64,000 nucleotides of DNA, from the NCBI GenBank assembly GCA_036785375.1, contig JAWMAR010000314.1, positions 2,666,001 through 2,730,000 on the forward strand. Reading direction: 5' to 3'. Below are positions 25,951 through 37,604 of the stretch, piece after piece. The DNA comes from Leucoraja ocellata. Lineage: Eukaryota. The notes under the pieces are model-generated. The model worked only from the letters and a program-made list of their open reading frames with translations, searched no databases and was not told the DNA's origin. Within the stretch, counting starts at the first letter, position 1, and each line of letters begins with the position of its first letter. The position numbers were made by a program, and so were the translations under genes.

Positions 25951-27714
25951 CATGCGTCGGGGGTCGGAGTTGTTGTTGAAGTGCTCCTCAATCCTGAGTT
26001 TATGGCAGTGCTTGGCCTTCTTGATGCCCCTCTTCAGGTTAGCCCTGGATGAACTGTAGGCTCGAGCATCGCCTGACCTGAAAGCGGTGTCCCATGCTTT
26101 CAGCAGTAGCCTGACCTCGCTGTTCATCCATGGCTTCTGATTCGGGAATATGGTCACCTGTTTGAGGGAGGTGACACTATTGATGGTGGAGTTTATAAAG
26201 TCCAGAATAGAGGATGTGTAGGAATCAATGTCCGTGTGAGAGTCAAGGATGGCCTGGGCTGCAAACGCCTTCCAGTCACTGTTTCCAAAACGCCTTAAAA
26301 CCACCTCCATCGTGCCAGTGCCAAAACACTCCACTGCGGCAAGCCTCAACAACTTCCGCCCAGTTGCACTTACCCCCATCATCACCAAGTGCTTCGAGAG
26401 GCTGGTCCTGGCACACCTCAAAAGCTGCCTACCCCCCACACTGGATCCCTATCAGTTTGCCTACCGCAAGAACAGGAGTACGGAGGATGCCATCTCAACG
26501 GCACTTCACTCCGCCCTCTCCCACCTCGACAACAGAGACACTTACGTAAGAATGCTGTTCATCGATTACAGCTCAGCATTCAACACCATTATACCCTCTA
26601 AACTGATCACCAAACTCGGTAACCTGGGCATCGACCCCTCCCTCTGCAACTGGATACTGGACTTTCTAACCAACAGACCCCAGTCTGTTAGGTTAGACAA
26701 GCACACCTCTTCAACCCTCACCCTGAACACCGGCGTTCCACAGGGCTGTGTGCTGAGCCCCCTCCTCTACTCTCTCTTCACCTACGACTGCACACCTGTA
26801 CATGGTACTAACACCATCATCAAGTATGCAGATGATACAACGGTTATTGGCCTCATCAGCAACAACGATGAGTCGGCCTATAGGGAGGAGGTCCAGCACT
26901 TAGCAGCATGGTGCGCTGACAACAACCTGGCCCTTAACTCCAAGAAGACCAAGGAGCTCATTGTAGACTTCAGGAAATCCAGGGCAGCACGCACACCCCC
27001 ATCCACATTAACGGGACGGAGGTGGAACGTGTTTCTAGCTTCAGGTTCCTGGGTGTTAACATCTCCGATGACCTCTCTTGGACCCACAATACCTCAACTC
27101 TGGTCAAGAAGGCTCACCAGCGTCTCTTCTTCCTGAGGAGACTGAAGAAGGTCCATCTGTCTCCTCAGATCCTGGTGAACTTCTACCACTGCACCATCGA
27201 GAGCATCCTTACCAACTATATCACAGTTTGGTATGGAAACTGCTCTGTCTCCGACCGGAAGGCCTTGCAGAGGGTGGTGAAAATTGCCCAACGCATCACC
27301 GGTTCCTCGCTCCCCTCCATTGAGTCTGTCCAAAGCAAGCGTTGTCTGCGGAGGGCGTTCAGCATCGCCAAGGACTGCTCTCACCCCAACCATGGACTGT
27401 TTACCCTCCTACCATCCGGGAGGCGCTACAGGTCTCTCCGCTGCCGGACCAGCAGGTCCAGGAACAGCTTCTTCCCTGCGGCTGTCACTCTACTCAACAA
27501 CGTACCTCGGTGACTGCCAATCAACCCCCCCCCCCCCCCCGGACACTCCTCCCACAGGAAAAACACTATGTCTGTATATATGCTAATGTAAATATTTATT
27601 CAAATCATATGCTATGTCGCTCTTCCAGGGAGATGCTAAATGCATTTCGTTGTCTCTGTACTGTACACTGACAATGACAATTAAAGTTGAATCTGAATCT
27701 GAATCTGAATCTGA
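25951..27714 (+). mobile_element. Rex1/Babar-like LINE, 5'-truncated with inverted 5' segment, inserted in a CR1 fragment
   Basis: RT ORF 26249-27136 ([33 protein letters not shown]) frameshifts into 27022-27513; (gaatct)n tail. Upstream ORF part (FPNQKPWMN) lies on the minus strand at ~25951-26290. Confidence 0.88.
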
Positions 27715-28399
27715 CATAGTTACTTGAAAGTGGCATCACAGAGAGATGGGGTGGTCAAAAAGGATTTTGGCACTTTGGCCTTCATCAGTCTGGATTGAGT
27801 ATAGAAGTTGGAAGGTCATGTTGCTGTTTTATAGGACATTGGTGCAGTTGTATTTAGCATATTGTGTTCAGTTCTGGGCACATGGTACAAGAAAGATATT
27901 GTCAAGTTGGAAAGGGTACAGAGAGGATTTACGAGGATGTTGCCAGGACGCGAGGGTCAGAACCTAAAGGGAGAGATTGAGCAGACTGGGACTATTCTTT
28001 GGATCGCAGGAGGATGAGGGTGTTAATATGCAGGGGTTTGGGTACTTTGGAAATGACAGGCACCTGTGAGAAACTGGGCTTCACTGACAGTGACAATACA
28101 TTGCAAGGTGCTGGAGACCCATGTGACCTAGTTGGCTCCAGTAAGTCTGGACCTCTGAAGAAGCCCCAGGAAGCTTCTGCCCATGTGACCCACCTGTCGA
28201 CACCAAGTCTTGCTTCCTAAAACGGTTTTTGATATGAAAGATAGAAACATAGAAAATAGGTGCAGGAGGAGGCCATTCGACCCTTCGAGCCAGCACCGCC
28301 ATTCATTGTGATCATGGCTGACCGTCCCCTATCAATAATCCGTGCCTGCCTTCTCCCCATATCCCTTGACTCCACTAGCCCCTAGAGCTCTATCTATAC

Positions 28400-30070
28400 T
28401 GCACATGCGAGTTAAACACCATTCTGCATCTTTTTCACAATGAACAGGCCACGCCTGCGAATTCCGTACCTGCTCGAGCAACAACTCTGGCCCGATTTCC
28501 GAGCCTGTCCCGAAAGACAACTCTGGACATAATTCTGAGCTTGCCTGGAAAGACAAATCTGGCCCAATTCTGTGCTTGGAACCCTAGTATCGTGCAGTTT
28601 TACATGGTTAGATGCCACAACCATTTGTGTGTTGTAAGGCCACTAGGGCCCCTTCCATCCTTATCAAGGGGAACGCTACTTTCATACAACACAAAAACTA
28701 AACACATGTTATCATTATCATTTGTACACAAACAAGTGTAAATATTACCAACTTGTAGATGGTCCCATATTTTTCCTGAGCCCGACTTGGGCCTCGGATT
28801 GAAGACCCAGCTTTCATGCTGCCACCAACTTCAGTGAACTGCTTACTGCCAATGGAGGCGTGGGGTGTGTTGTCGCCCCAACGATGAAGCTTTGCTCGTC
28901 GTTGGTGCCTCGATTGGTCCGACAGCTTTTGCTTCCTCATCCAGGTTTTACCTGTTGAATAGGTCTTACCTGAAGAGAGGATTCGGCGGCTGGTCTTTAA
29001 TGTCACCCCTGATCGCGCTGTTCATTCCCGGCACTTGTAGCATGAGGGGAACTCTGGCCCCATTCCGGTATTCTGCCACCTTCGTTTGCGAGGAATCCCT
29101 TGAATCCATACGCATGTGCTCCAGTGCGTTCCACAGACATGCTTTAGAATTTGAAGTCAGTTACCCACTGACCACTCGCACTCCCCTCCACAGAGAGGGA
29201 GATTCGTAGACAGCCCTGAACAGGTGCTGCCTCGTGGCATGCTCACCGGCTATACCCCCGATCTCGGAGTCAGAACAAAACTGACACCGTGTGCTCACCT
29301 CCTCCAAGAGGGAGACATCATGCAGCCCTTCCATAGGTGCCGCTGCCACGGGCTCCAGGGAGACCCCCGGATATAAAGCTCCTCTTGCTGGAGCATATCG
29401 TGCTGGAGCATCTTCTCCATCAGGAGCTCTTTCCAGACAGCCATGATATTCTTTTTATTGGCTCACCAGTCCCAGTTGCTATGGCGAATTTCGATGCCAT
29501 GCCTGGCACCCCTGTTTCTTGGCTTTCATGCCTTGGGGTATGCTGCTCTGCAATACCTCCAACCGCAGGGTCAGAACAAAACTGCCCCGGTAAGCTCGCC
29601 TCCTCCATGAAGGTGACATTATGCAGCCCTTCTACAGGTGCTGCTGCCATGGGCCCCCAAGAAGACCCGTGCCCATGGGGTGACCCATGGATATAAAGCT
29701 CCTCCTGGAGCTAGTCGTGATGGAGCATCCTCTCCATCAGGTGCTCCATCTTTGCCAGACGTCCACAGACGTCGCTTCTAGTGGGAAGGGAATCCTCCTG
29801 GCCCGACTCATCGGAGTCCAAGGGCCTTACTTTTTAATGGCTTTTCCTCCCCACAGTCGGCACCCTGGTGATACCGCCTCTGAAGAGGTTCCTGCAAGAA
29901 AAACACAACCTGGTAAGAACTAAAACTTACCTGTAGGTTTAAACTTACCTGTAGCAGGCAGGAGCGACTCGCCTGCCCGTCCTGTGCTTCGCCATGCGAA
30001 CGACGTAATGACTTGCATGCGGACTGGCGGGGCTTCTTCACGGAATCACTCACGTGACTCTGACATAAAA
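28400..30070 (-). mobile_element. Second DIRS1 element, 5' fragment
   Basis: Left terminus ttcttcacggaatcactcacgtgactc at 30034-30060 is shared with the 20301 element. Gag-like region carries a ~300-bp internal duplication (29161-29420 / 29460-29750). Confidence 0.7.
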
Positions 30071-30619
30071 GCATGATTAACCTTTACTAACTAACCAGCG
30101 CTAAATTAACTCTCACTCGTTCACCAACCAGAGTCAGGATTAAATCTCAATCTTTCAATTACCAAAACCAAGAACTAACTTCAATTACTAACTTGGGCCA
30201 TGATTACCCTCACACATAAATTAGGCTGGGTTTAATTGAGACCTAGTCATGTATCTGGGTCAGATTACTCTCCCCCTAGTCTGTAATCAGAGCTAACCTA
30301 GCTAATCTGCAATCTAAAAATCATCTTCATTCCAAATTCTCCATCAGTCTACCAGTCGTAGACCAATGTTGCTCCTGCACTCCAATAACTACTGGTAGGG
30401 AGAGAAATGTCCTTTTCCCTGCTTGCAAGTCTTCCCATGGCCTTTATTTGCCCTTGGGCCATTTCCCCATTGTAACCCAGTCCACTCTGTCTGTTCTCTT
30501 CTTCTTGTCTGCTCTCCATCTTTGGAAAATAATTGCTCTTTGGAATCACGACTGTCTCTACTTTCTTACAAGCCTTCAGATTTCCGTAGAAAGGGAACCT
30601 TAGTGTCGTCTGTCAGCAT

Positions 30620-31380
30620 AATTGTAATTGTAATTGTAATTGATTTTATTAGCCAAGTATGAAAACAAAACAAGTGTGTAAATCATACGAGGAATTTGAT
30701 TTGCCATACAGTCATAGCAATAAAGCAACAAAACATGCAACCACAAAGATTTAACATAAACATCCACCACAGCGGCTCCTCCACATTCCTCACTGTGATG
30801 GAAGGCAATAAAGTCTTATCTTCCTTCCTCCTTTTCTCCCGCGGTTGGGGGAGTCGGACCAACCGCAGTGGAGGCGATTGAAGCTCCTGCAGCCGGTGAT
30901 CGAAGCTCCCGCCTTGGGCCGATCGAAACTCACGTGATCGGGGTGGTCGAAGCTCCTCTGGATTGAAGCTCCCGAAGCCGGTCCCTAACCGGGGACCGCG
31001 AGCTCCATGATGTTGAAGTCCGCAGGTTCCCGTGGTTGGAGCTTCCGAGGTCGATCCCTGGCAAAGGGACCGCCAACTGCGAGCTGTTAAATCCACAGGC
31101 CCGGTTGGAGCTCCCAAGGTTGATCTCCAGCAAGAGGCTGCCAGCTCCACGAGATTAGGCCGCAGTGCAGACGGAGATACGATAAGGAAAAAGTTGCATC
31201 TCCTTCAAGGAAAGAGATAAAAAAGGTTTCCCCCACCCCCCCCAACCTCCTCCATCCCCCACACAATACAAAACTAAAGATACACTAAAACAACATTTAA
31301 CTACAGACTAAAAAAACAACAAAGAGAGAAAGGGACAAGACAGACTGTTGACGAGGCAGCCATTGTACAGTGCCACCCGG
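30620..31380 (-). mobile_element. Non-autonomous retroelement related to 1487-2352
   Basis: (aattgt)n tail, shared aacatcc...cactgtg..ggaaggca..aaagtc block, GC-rich body and a similar 5' end. Confidence 0.6.
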
Positions 31381-31789
31381 TGGAGTAGGTTGCACACAAT
31401 AAAGGTGAGGGATATGTTGTCATTCCATTTCCAGTGTCTGTAACATTAGGGTCGTCGAGTGTGAATCTGGCACCCAATGGCCTTGGCAAATACCTGCGGG
31501 TACTGATCTTTATTGGTATGGCTCTATGCCAAAACCTCAAAGTCCACTCAAAACATTATTTTGGAGGGACCTTTGTGTATCGGTACATGAGAATTTTAGC
31601 ACTGACATTCTGCAGCATAAAGCCATGGAAATAACACATCAGTCTAGAAACGTCAAATTCAATCACCTAGCACATGTTGCTTTCTGCCAAATGATTCAAT
31701 TGCTGCTTGAAATCAATCAGGATCTTATACCAGGTGTGGTGCACAAATGGAGATGGTTCTGTGTGTGTAATATATACACGCACTGAGCA

Positions 31790-33670
31790 CACAGGGTGAT
31801 GGCAATCATCACACAACACTCAGTTGACAATAGTGAGGTCCCAGAGGGCTGGAAAACAGCTGATGTTACTTTTCTTAAGAAGAACACTTGGGCCAAAGCA
31901 GGAAATTTGCAGGCTGGTGAACCTAACAGTAGGGAAAATATTCTTCTGGATAGGTTTTACTCACATCTGAAAAAGTCTGAACCTATTCGGGATAGTCAGT
32001 AGAGGTTTGTGCAGGGAAGGTCATGTCTCACAAATTTAATTATTTTCAGATGACCAAGGTGATTGGTAAAGGAAGGACAGGGGATGTTGTGCACTTTAAT
32101 CAAGGTCCCAGATGATCCAAGGTTCAAGGGATCTATGGAGACTCAATTTGGATTGAAAAGTGGCTAGGCCTTATGAGACCCTAAGGATGGATGTTACTCT
32201 GGCTGAAGTTCTGATACCAATCATGTTCTGCAGGGATCAGTACTGGTCCATCTGTTGTTTGTGGACCGTGAAATGCTATGGATGAAAATGGAGATGGGGA
32301 AGGCAGAGAGCTTGTAGAAGGAGCTTGTATGTTTATGGACAACCTGATATGTGGAGAATTTGTGAGTAGTGAGGAAGATTGTCAAAGGGTACAGGAGGAT
32401 AGATTATTTGGAAATATGGGCAAAGAAATGGCAGATGGAGTTTAATCCTGACAAGAGTGTGGTGTTATCCTTTGGGAGATAAAACGTAAGAGGATATACA
32501 GTAAATGGCATGATTTAGGAGCTTTGATGTACAAAAGGATCCTGGTTATTGTCGAGAAATACTCTCTTGAACTTCTACAGGTATACAGTAGTGGGCATAT
32601 TGACTGGTCACATCGTAGCCTGGTTCAACAAGTCAAACGCCCAGGAATGAAGATTGCAAAAAGTAGTGAACACTGCCCAGTCCGTCATGAGTACTGACCT
32701 CCCCACCATCAAAGGGATCTAGAGAAAGTGCTGCCTCAAAATTGCAGCCAGCATCATCAAGGACCCACACCAGCCTGGCCACACTTCTGCTATCAAGAAG
32801 AAGGTTTAGGAGCCTGAAAACGGCAACATCCAGTTTCAGGAGCAGTTTCTTCCCAACACCATCATTGAACACTAAGATCTCCAACTAAACTCCAAAGTAC
32901 AAACTGCCTTGATTGCACTAGGGACTTGGGATATTGTTTCATTTGTTTCTTTCGTTGCACTATATTGTTTGTGTTTTATATATTGAATTTATTTTTTTGT
33001 TTATTATGGTATCTCCTGAGAACTGTGTTTCACATCTGTTATGCAGCTGCAAGTAAAAATGTCATTGTTCTGTTTTGGGACACATGACGATAAAACGCTC
33101 TTGACTTGGTTCTTGGGGTCGAAGTCCATAGCTTCCTGAAATTTGGAATGCAAGTGGATTGAATGGTAAAGCAGGCGTAGGTCTACTTATTTTTTTTTAT
33201 CAGTCGGGACACTGAAGATACAAGTTGCAGAGTCAAGTTGCAGATTTATAAAACTTTGTTGAAACCACATTTGGAATAGTGTGTGCAATTCTGGAAATCA
33301 TATTGCAGGAAGGTTATGGTGAGGGTGCAGAGGTGGATTATTAGGATGTGGCTTTGATTGGAGAGTATGAGTTGTAAGGAGAGGGTGTTTTCTCTGGAAT
33401 ATCGGAGGTTGAGGTACACCTTGATAGAAATATCTAAAATTATGAGGGGGGGCAGATAGTCAGAACCTTATTCCTAGGGTAGAAATGTCAAATACGAGAG
33501 GGCGTAGATCTAAGGTAAGATGGGGAAAGCAAGATGGGGAAAGTCTAAAGAAGATTTATGAGGCAAGTTTTTTGCCACGGGTGGTGGTGATAGCTGATAC
33601 AATAGTAATATTTAAGAGGCATGTGAACAGGCAGGGGATGAAGGGATACAGACCACATCCAGGCAGATGG
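31790..33670 (+). mobile_element. Old decayed CR1 LINE with a nested Rex-like 3' fragment (~32550-33105)
   Basis: Degenerate VPEGWKTADV, WQMEFN-like and LESCKER-like motifs with many stop codons. Confidence 0.55.
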
Positions 33671-33754
33671 CATCATGCTCATCACACACATTTTGTGCTG
33701 AAGAGCTTGTTCATTATGACACTATAGCAGGTATGCAGAATCAAGACACATGAG

Positions 33755-34845
33755 GACCATTGTTGTTCCATTGTTTAAAAAGGGTTCTAAGAGTAAACTT
33801 AGCAATTATAGACCTGTTAGTTTGACTTCAGTGGTGGGCAAATTAATGGAAAAGATACTTAGAGATAATATATATAAGCATCTTGATAAACAGGGTCTGA
33901 TTAGGAACAGTCAACATGGATTTGTGCCTGGAAGGTCATGTTTGACTAATCTTCTTGAATTTTTTGAAGAGTTTACTAGGGAAATTGACGAGGGTAAAGC
34001 AGTGGATGTTGTCTATATGGACTTTAGTAAGGCCTTTGACAAGGTTCCTCATGGAAGGTTGGTTAAGAAGGTTAAACTGTTGGGTATAAATGCAGGAATA
34101 GCAAGATGGATTCAACAGTGGCTGAATGGGAGAAGCCAGAGGGTAATGGTGGATGGCTGCTTGTCGGGTTGGAGGCAGGTGACTAGTGGGGTGCCTCAGG
34201 GATCTGTGTTGGGTCCTTTGTTGTTTGTCATGTACATCAATGATCTGGATGAAGGGGTGGTAAATTGGATTAGTAAGTATGCAGATGATACCAAGATAGG
34301 GGGTGTTGTGGATAATGAAGAGAATTTCCAAAGTCTACAGAGTGATTTAGGCCATTTGGAAAAATGGGCTGAAAGATGGCAGATGGAGTTTAATGCTGAT
34401 AAATGTGAGGTGCTATACCTTGGCAGGACAAATCAAAATAGGACGTACAGGTTAAGGGGGGACTTGATAGAGGTCTTTAAAATGATGAGAGGGATAGACA
34501 GAGTTGATGTGGACAAGCTTTTCCCTTTGAGAATAGGGAAGATTCAAACAAGAGGACATGACTTCAGAATTAAGGGACAGAAGTTTAGGGGTAACATGAG
34601 GGGGAACTTCTTTACTCAGAGAGTGGTAGCGGTGTGGAATGAGCTTCCAGTGGAAGTGGTGGCGGCAGGTTCGTTGGTATCATTTAAAAATAAATTGGAT
34701 AGGCATATGGATGAGAAGAGAATGGAGGGTTATGGTATGAGTGCAGGCAGGTGGGACTAAGGGAAAAAAGTTGTTCGGCACGGACTTGTAGGGCCGAGAT
34801 GGCCTGTTTCCGTGCTGTAATTGTTATATGGTTATATGGTTATAT
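33755..34845 (+). mobile_element. Young 5'-truncated CR1 LINE (RT), unit 1; ~358-bp internal deletion
   Basis: ORF 33750-34760: NYRPVSLTS, YMDFSKAFDKV, SGVPQGSVLGP, KYADDTK; (tatatggt)n tail. Confidence 0.9.
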
Positions 34846-35831
34846 GGACAATGACTGGTTAGCTGATCTGAAGTGCAGGGAGAAACCTGTTACTCATACT
34901 ATTAGAAACACTCACAAGAGCATATTTCGAGTGTTTAAGTGCCTCGTGTGCTATTGTCTATCCAGCTCCACCATGTTTGCTAGCAGGCAGCATGGGAGTG
35001 GTCCCGGTGTTGATCCAAGATGTTATGGTCGTTATTTGGCCGATCTTGTGGGCAAAATCAGCTTTTGTTGGGGTTTATTGATTAAGTTAGTCCTTCATTG
35101 ATCACTCGTTCATCCACACGTATTGACCTATTGTCACTAGATGACATGGATTAACCCTGCCATGTAGCAACGTCATCATTTGATGTGGCTCGTCCAATGG
35201 GCCGGACAAGAACCAGCCCCAGATTCGCAGCTTCTTTACTCAAATGGCCGCCACTGTTTTGAGGGGGCCACTGTTAACCCTGTATGCATTTGTGGGTTTG
35301 CAGCTGTTGCTCTCAGAAGGCCACTGCTAGTATCCCTGGGGGAAGGGGGGGTCATTGATTACCCGGTACGTCCGATCGAGAGGCATTAGCAGGAGAGGTG
35401 CAGAGCTTAATAACATATTTTTTCGACCTGGTCTGCTCATCACTACTGCCCTATTTGTGGATTCTCGCCCAGCAACTTTAGCCATCTTCACTAGTCACAT
35501 TGTACAGGCCTTACATGATGCAGGGGGAAGTTTCCAGTGGGAACTTGTCATGGAAGTACAGTTCACTGTGGTTTAGAACCTTAGCGATGCCGAAGTAATA
35601 TTGTCATCTAATCCTCTCCAAGGGAGGCAAGCCCTCGACCTTGACAAAGACTTGTAGTTACTTCTGCCAATTTAAAAGGATTAGATGACAGAATTAGCAC
35701 AGCAACTTGTGGGTTTGCTGGAGTCAGCCAGAACAGAGCAAGGTGAAATTAGCGGCAGTGAAGTTATGAGCCACTGTTTCCATAGATGTGTGGGAGCATT
35801 TTGCAGGTGAAATCATGAATTGTACACTAAC

Positions 35832-36216
35832 TAAGGGCTTGTACACTCTAGAGTTTAGAAGGATGAGAGGGTATCTCATTGAAACATATGAGATTGTTAA
35901 GAGCTTGGACACACTAGAGGCAGGAAACATGTTCCCGATGTTGGGGGAGTTCAGAACCAGGGGCCACAGTTTAAGAATGAGTAAGCCATTTAGAACGGAG
36001 ACGAGGAAACACTTTTTCTCACAGAGAGTGATGAGTCTGTGGAATTCTGTGAAGGCTGGTTCTCTGGATGCTTTCAAGAGAGAGCTAGATAGGGCTTAAA
36101 ATAGCAGAGTCAGGGGATATGGGGAGAAGACAGGAACGGGGTACTGATTGGGGATGATCAGCCATGATCACATTGAATGGCGGCGATGGCTCGAAGGGCT
36201 GAATGGCCTACTCCTG
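35832..36216 (+). mobile_element. CR1 3'-end fragment (paralogs ~46270-46680, ~58670-59070)
   Basis: GLYTLEFRRMRGYLIETY...RKHFFSQRV plus a typical 3'UTR ending gaatggcctactcctgc. Confidence 0.75.
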
Positions 36217-36848
36217 CAGGAGATGGACTTCCCAATGGATGGAAGACAATTGATGAAGCAGAGGAAGATAATTAGGCTGAGTTCACTCCCCAGAGGAACT
36301 CCTGCAGTGATGTCCTGGGAAGATGGATCTCCAACAAACACAACGACCTTTATTCACGCAAGGTACATCTTCAATCTTTGTGCAACTGTTTTCCTCTTGA
36401 TATAGATTGACTACCATTCTACCGGGGCACCATTGGAACTAAGTGGTTCCAGCAAAATATGGCCAATGATTCTCATCGGTATCTACTCCATAGAAAGCAT
36501 ACAATCAGGATGCTTCACAGCCTGGTGTGCAACTGCTCAGCCCAGGATCGCAAGAAACTGAAGAGAATTGTTGATGCTGCCCAGTCCGTCAAGCAAACGA
36601 CCCACCTTAATACCACTCTATCTGTACATAATGCTGCCTTGGGAAAGCACGTCTTCACCAAAAAAACAGCAGCGGGTTAAAGTTATGGTTCACTACAACC
36701 TACTCCAGGGCAATTAGGGACGGATAATAAATGCTAGTCCTTCCACTGATGCCCATATCCCCCCCCCACCCCACTAACAATAAAAATAGCACCCCAGGGA
36801 ATTATGCAGTGAAATAAAATTCAAAATGTAGAGAACATAACAAAACAG

Positions 36849-36854
36849 TTTATT
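36849..36854 (-). terminator. Probable polyadenylation signal AATAAA of copy B (paralogous sites 48111-48116 for C, 59457-59462 for D)
   Basis: tttatt on the + strand ~750 nt downstream of the stop codon, conserved in all three units and preceded by an AU-rich 3'UTR. Confidence 0.55.
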
Positions 36855-37604
36855 TTTTAACACCACACACTCTACAATCATTTTTTTGAAACACACTGCA
36901 TTATAATGCAAGTTCAGTCAAAGTCAGTTGTAGAAAAATAATTTATAGTTTGAACAGATGAACTCTCTATGCTTTCATCAATGATTTGTGCTTCACTGTC
37001 AACCACTGATGATGGGCTGAGTTTCTACATGTGGTATTATCAAAGCTCATTGATCAGTGAGGCAGTGGTATAAGGGTGCTGACTGTACCTCACCGATAAA
37101 TTAATGACCACAATTGAACAAAACTAAAATTAGAATTGTCCCGTTAAAAGGACCTTGCTGCCTGCTGTTCACAGGACAGGTCACCTCTCCCAAAAGTTCC
37201 AGCAGGAACATTAATACAGACTCAGAACAGCTCAGAATGGCCGGTTCAAGTCCTGCTTCCTTCATGTGGGCTGCAGATGGTTCTCTAACATATTCTGAGC
37301 CATGGATTCCCACAGCCAGACTCCGCATTCACAGACCTTGTTAATTCATGTTGGCTATGTATTAGAGTACAAAATACAAATAGACATAAGCAAGAGGTCT
37401 ACGCTGCTAAATATTATTGTAAATGCCCACTCTAGAAACACTAGTTTTCACCTAAACCTGTTAGTAGACACAGCTCGCTAATATTATTGCATGTGTGTGA
37501 GAATTTAACTCACAATCATAATAAACACTGATGTTTACCAACTGGAGGCCATTTTGTGGGAAGTGATCATGGCTACTGCCCATAGTCCTGTTGGCAGGCC
37601 CTGG

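Noticed and set aside
33750-34760. 336-aa uninterrupted RT ORF as a domesticated gene linked to PCK1
   Set aside because: A 5'-truncated CR1 with an internal deletion. The sister copies carry YADD mutations and stops, so it is a passenger of the duplication.
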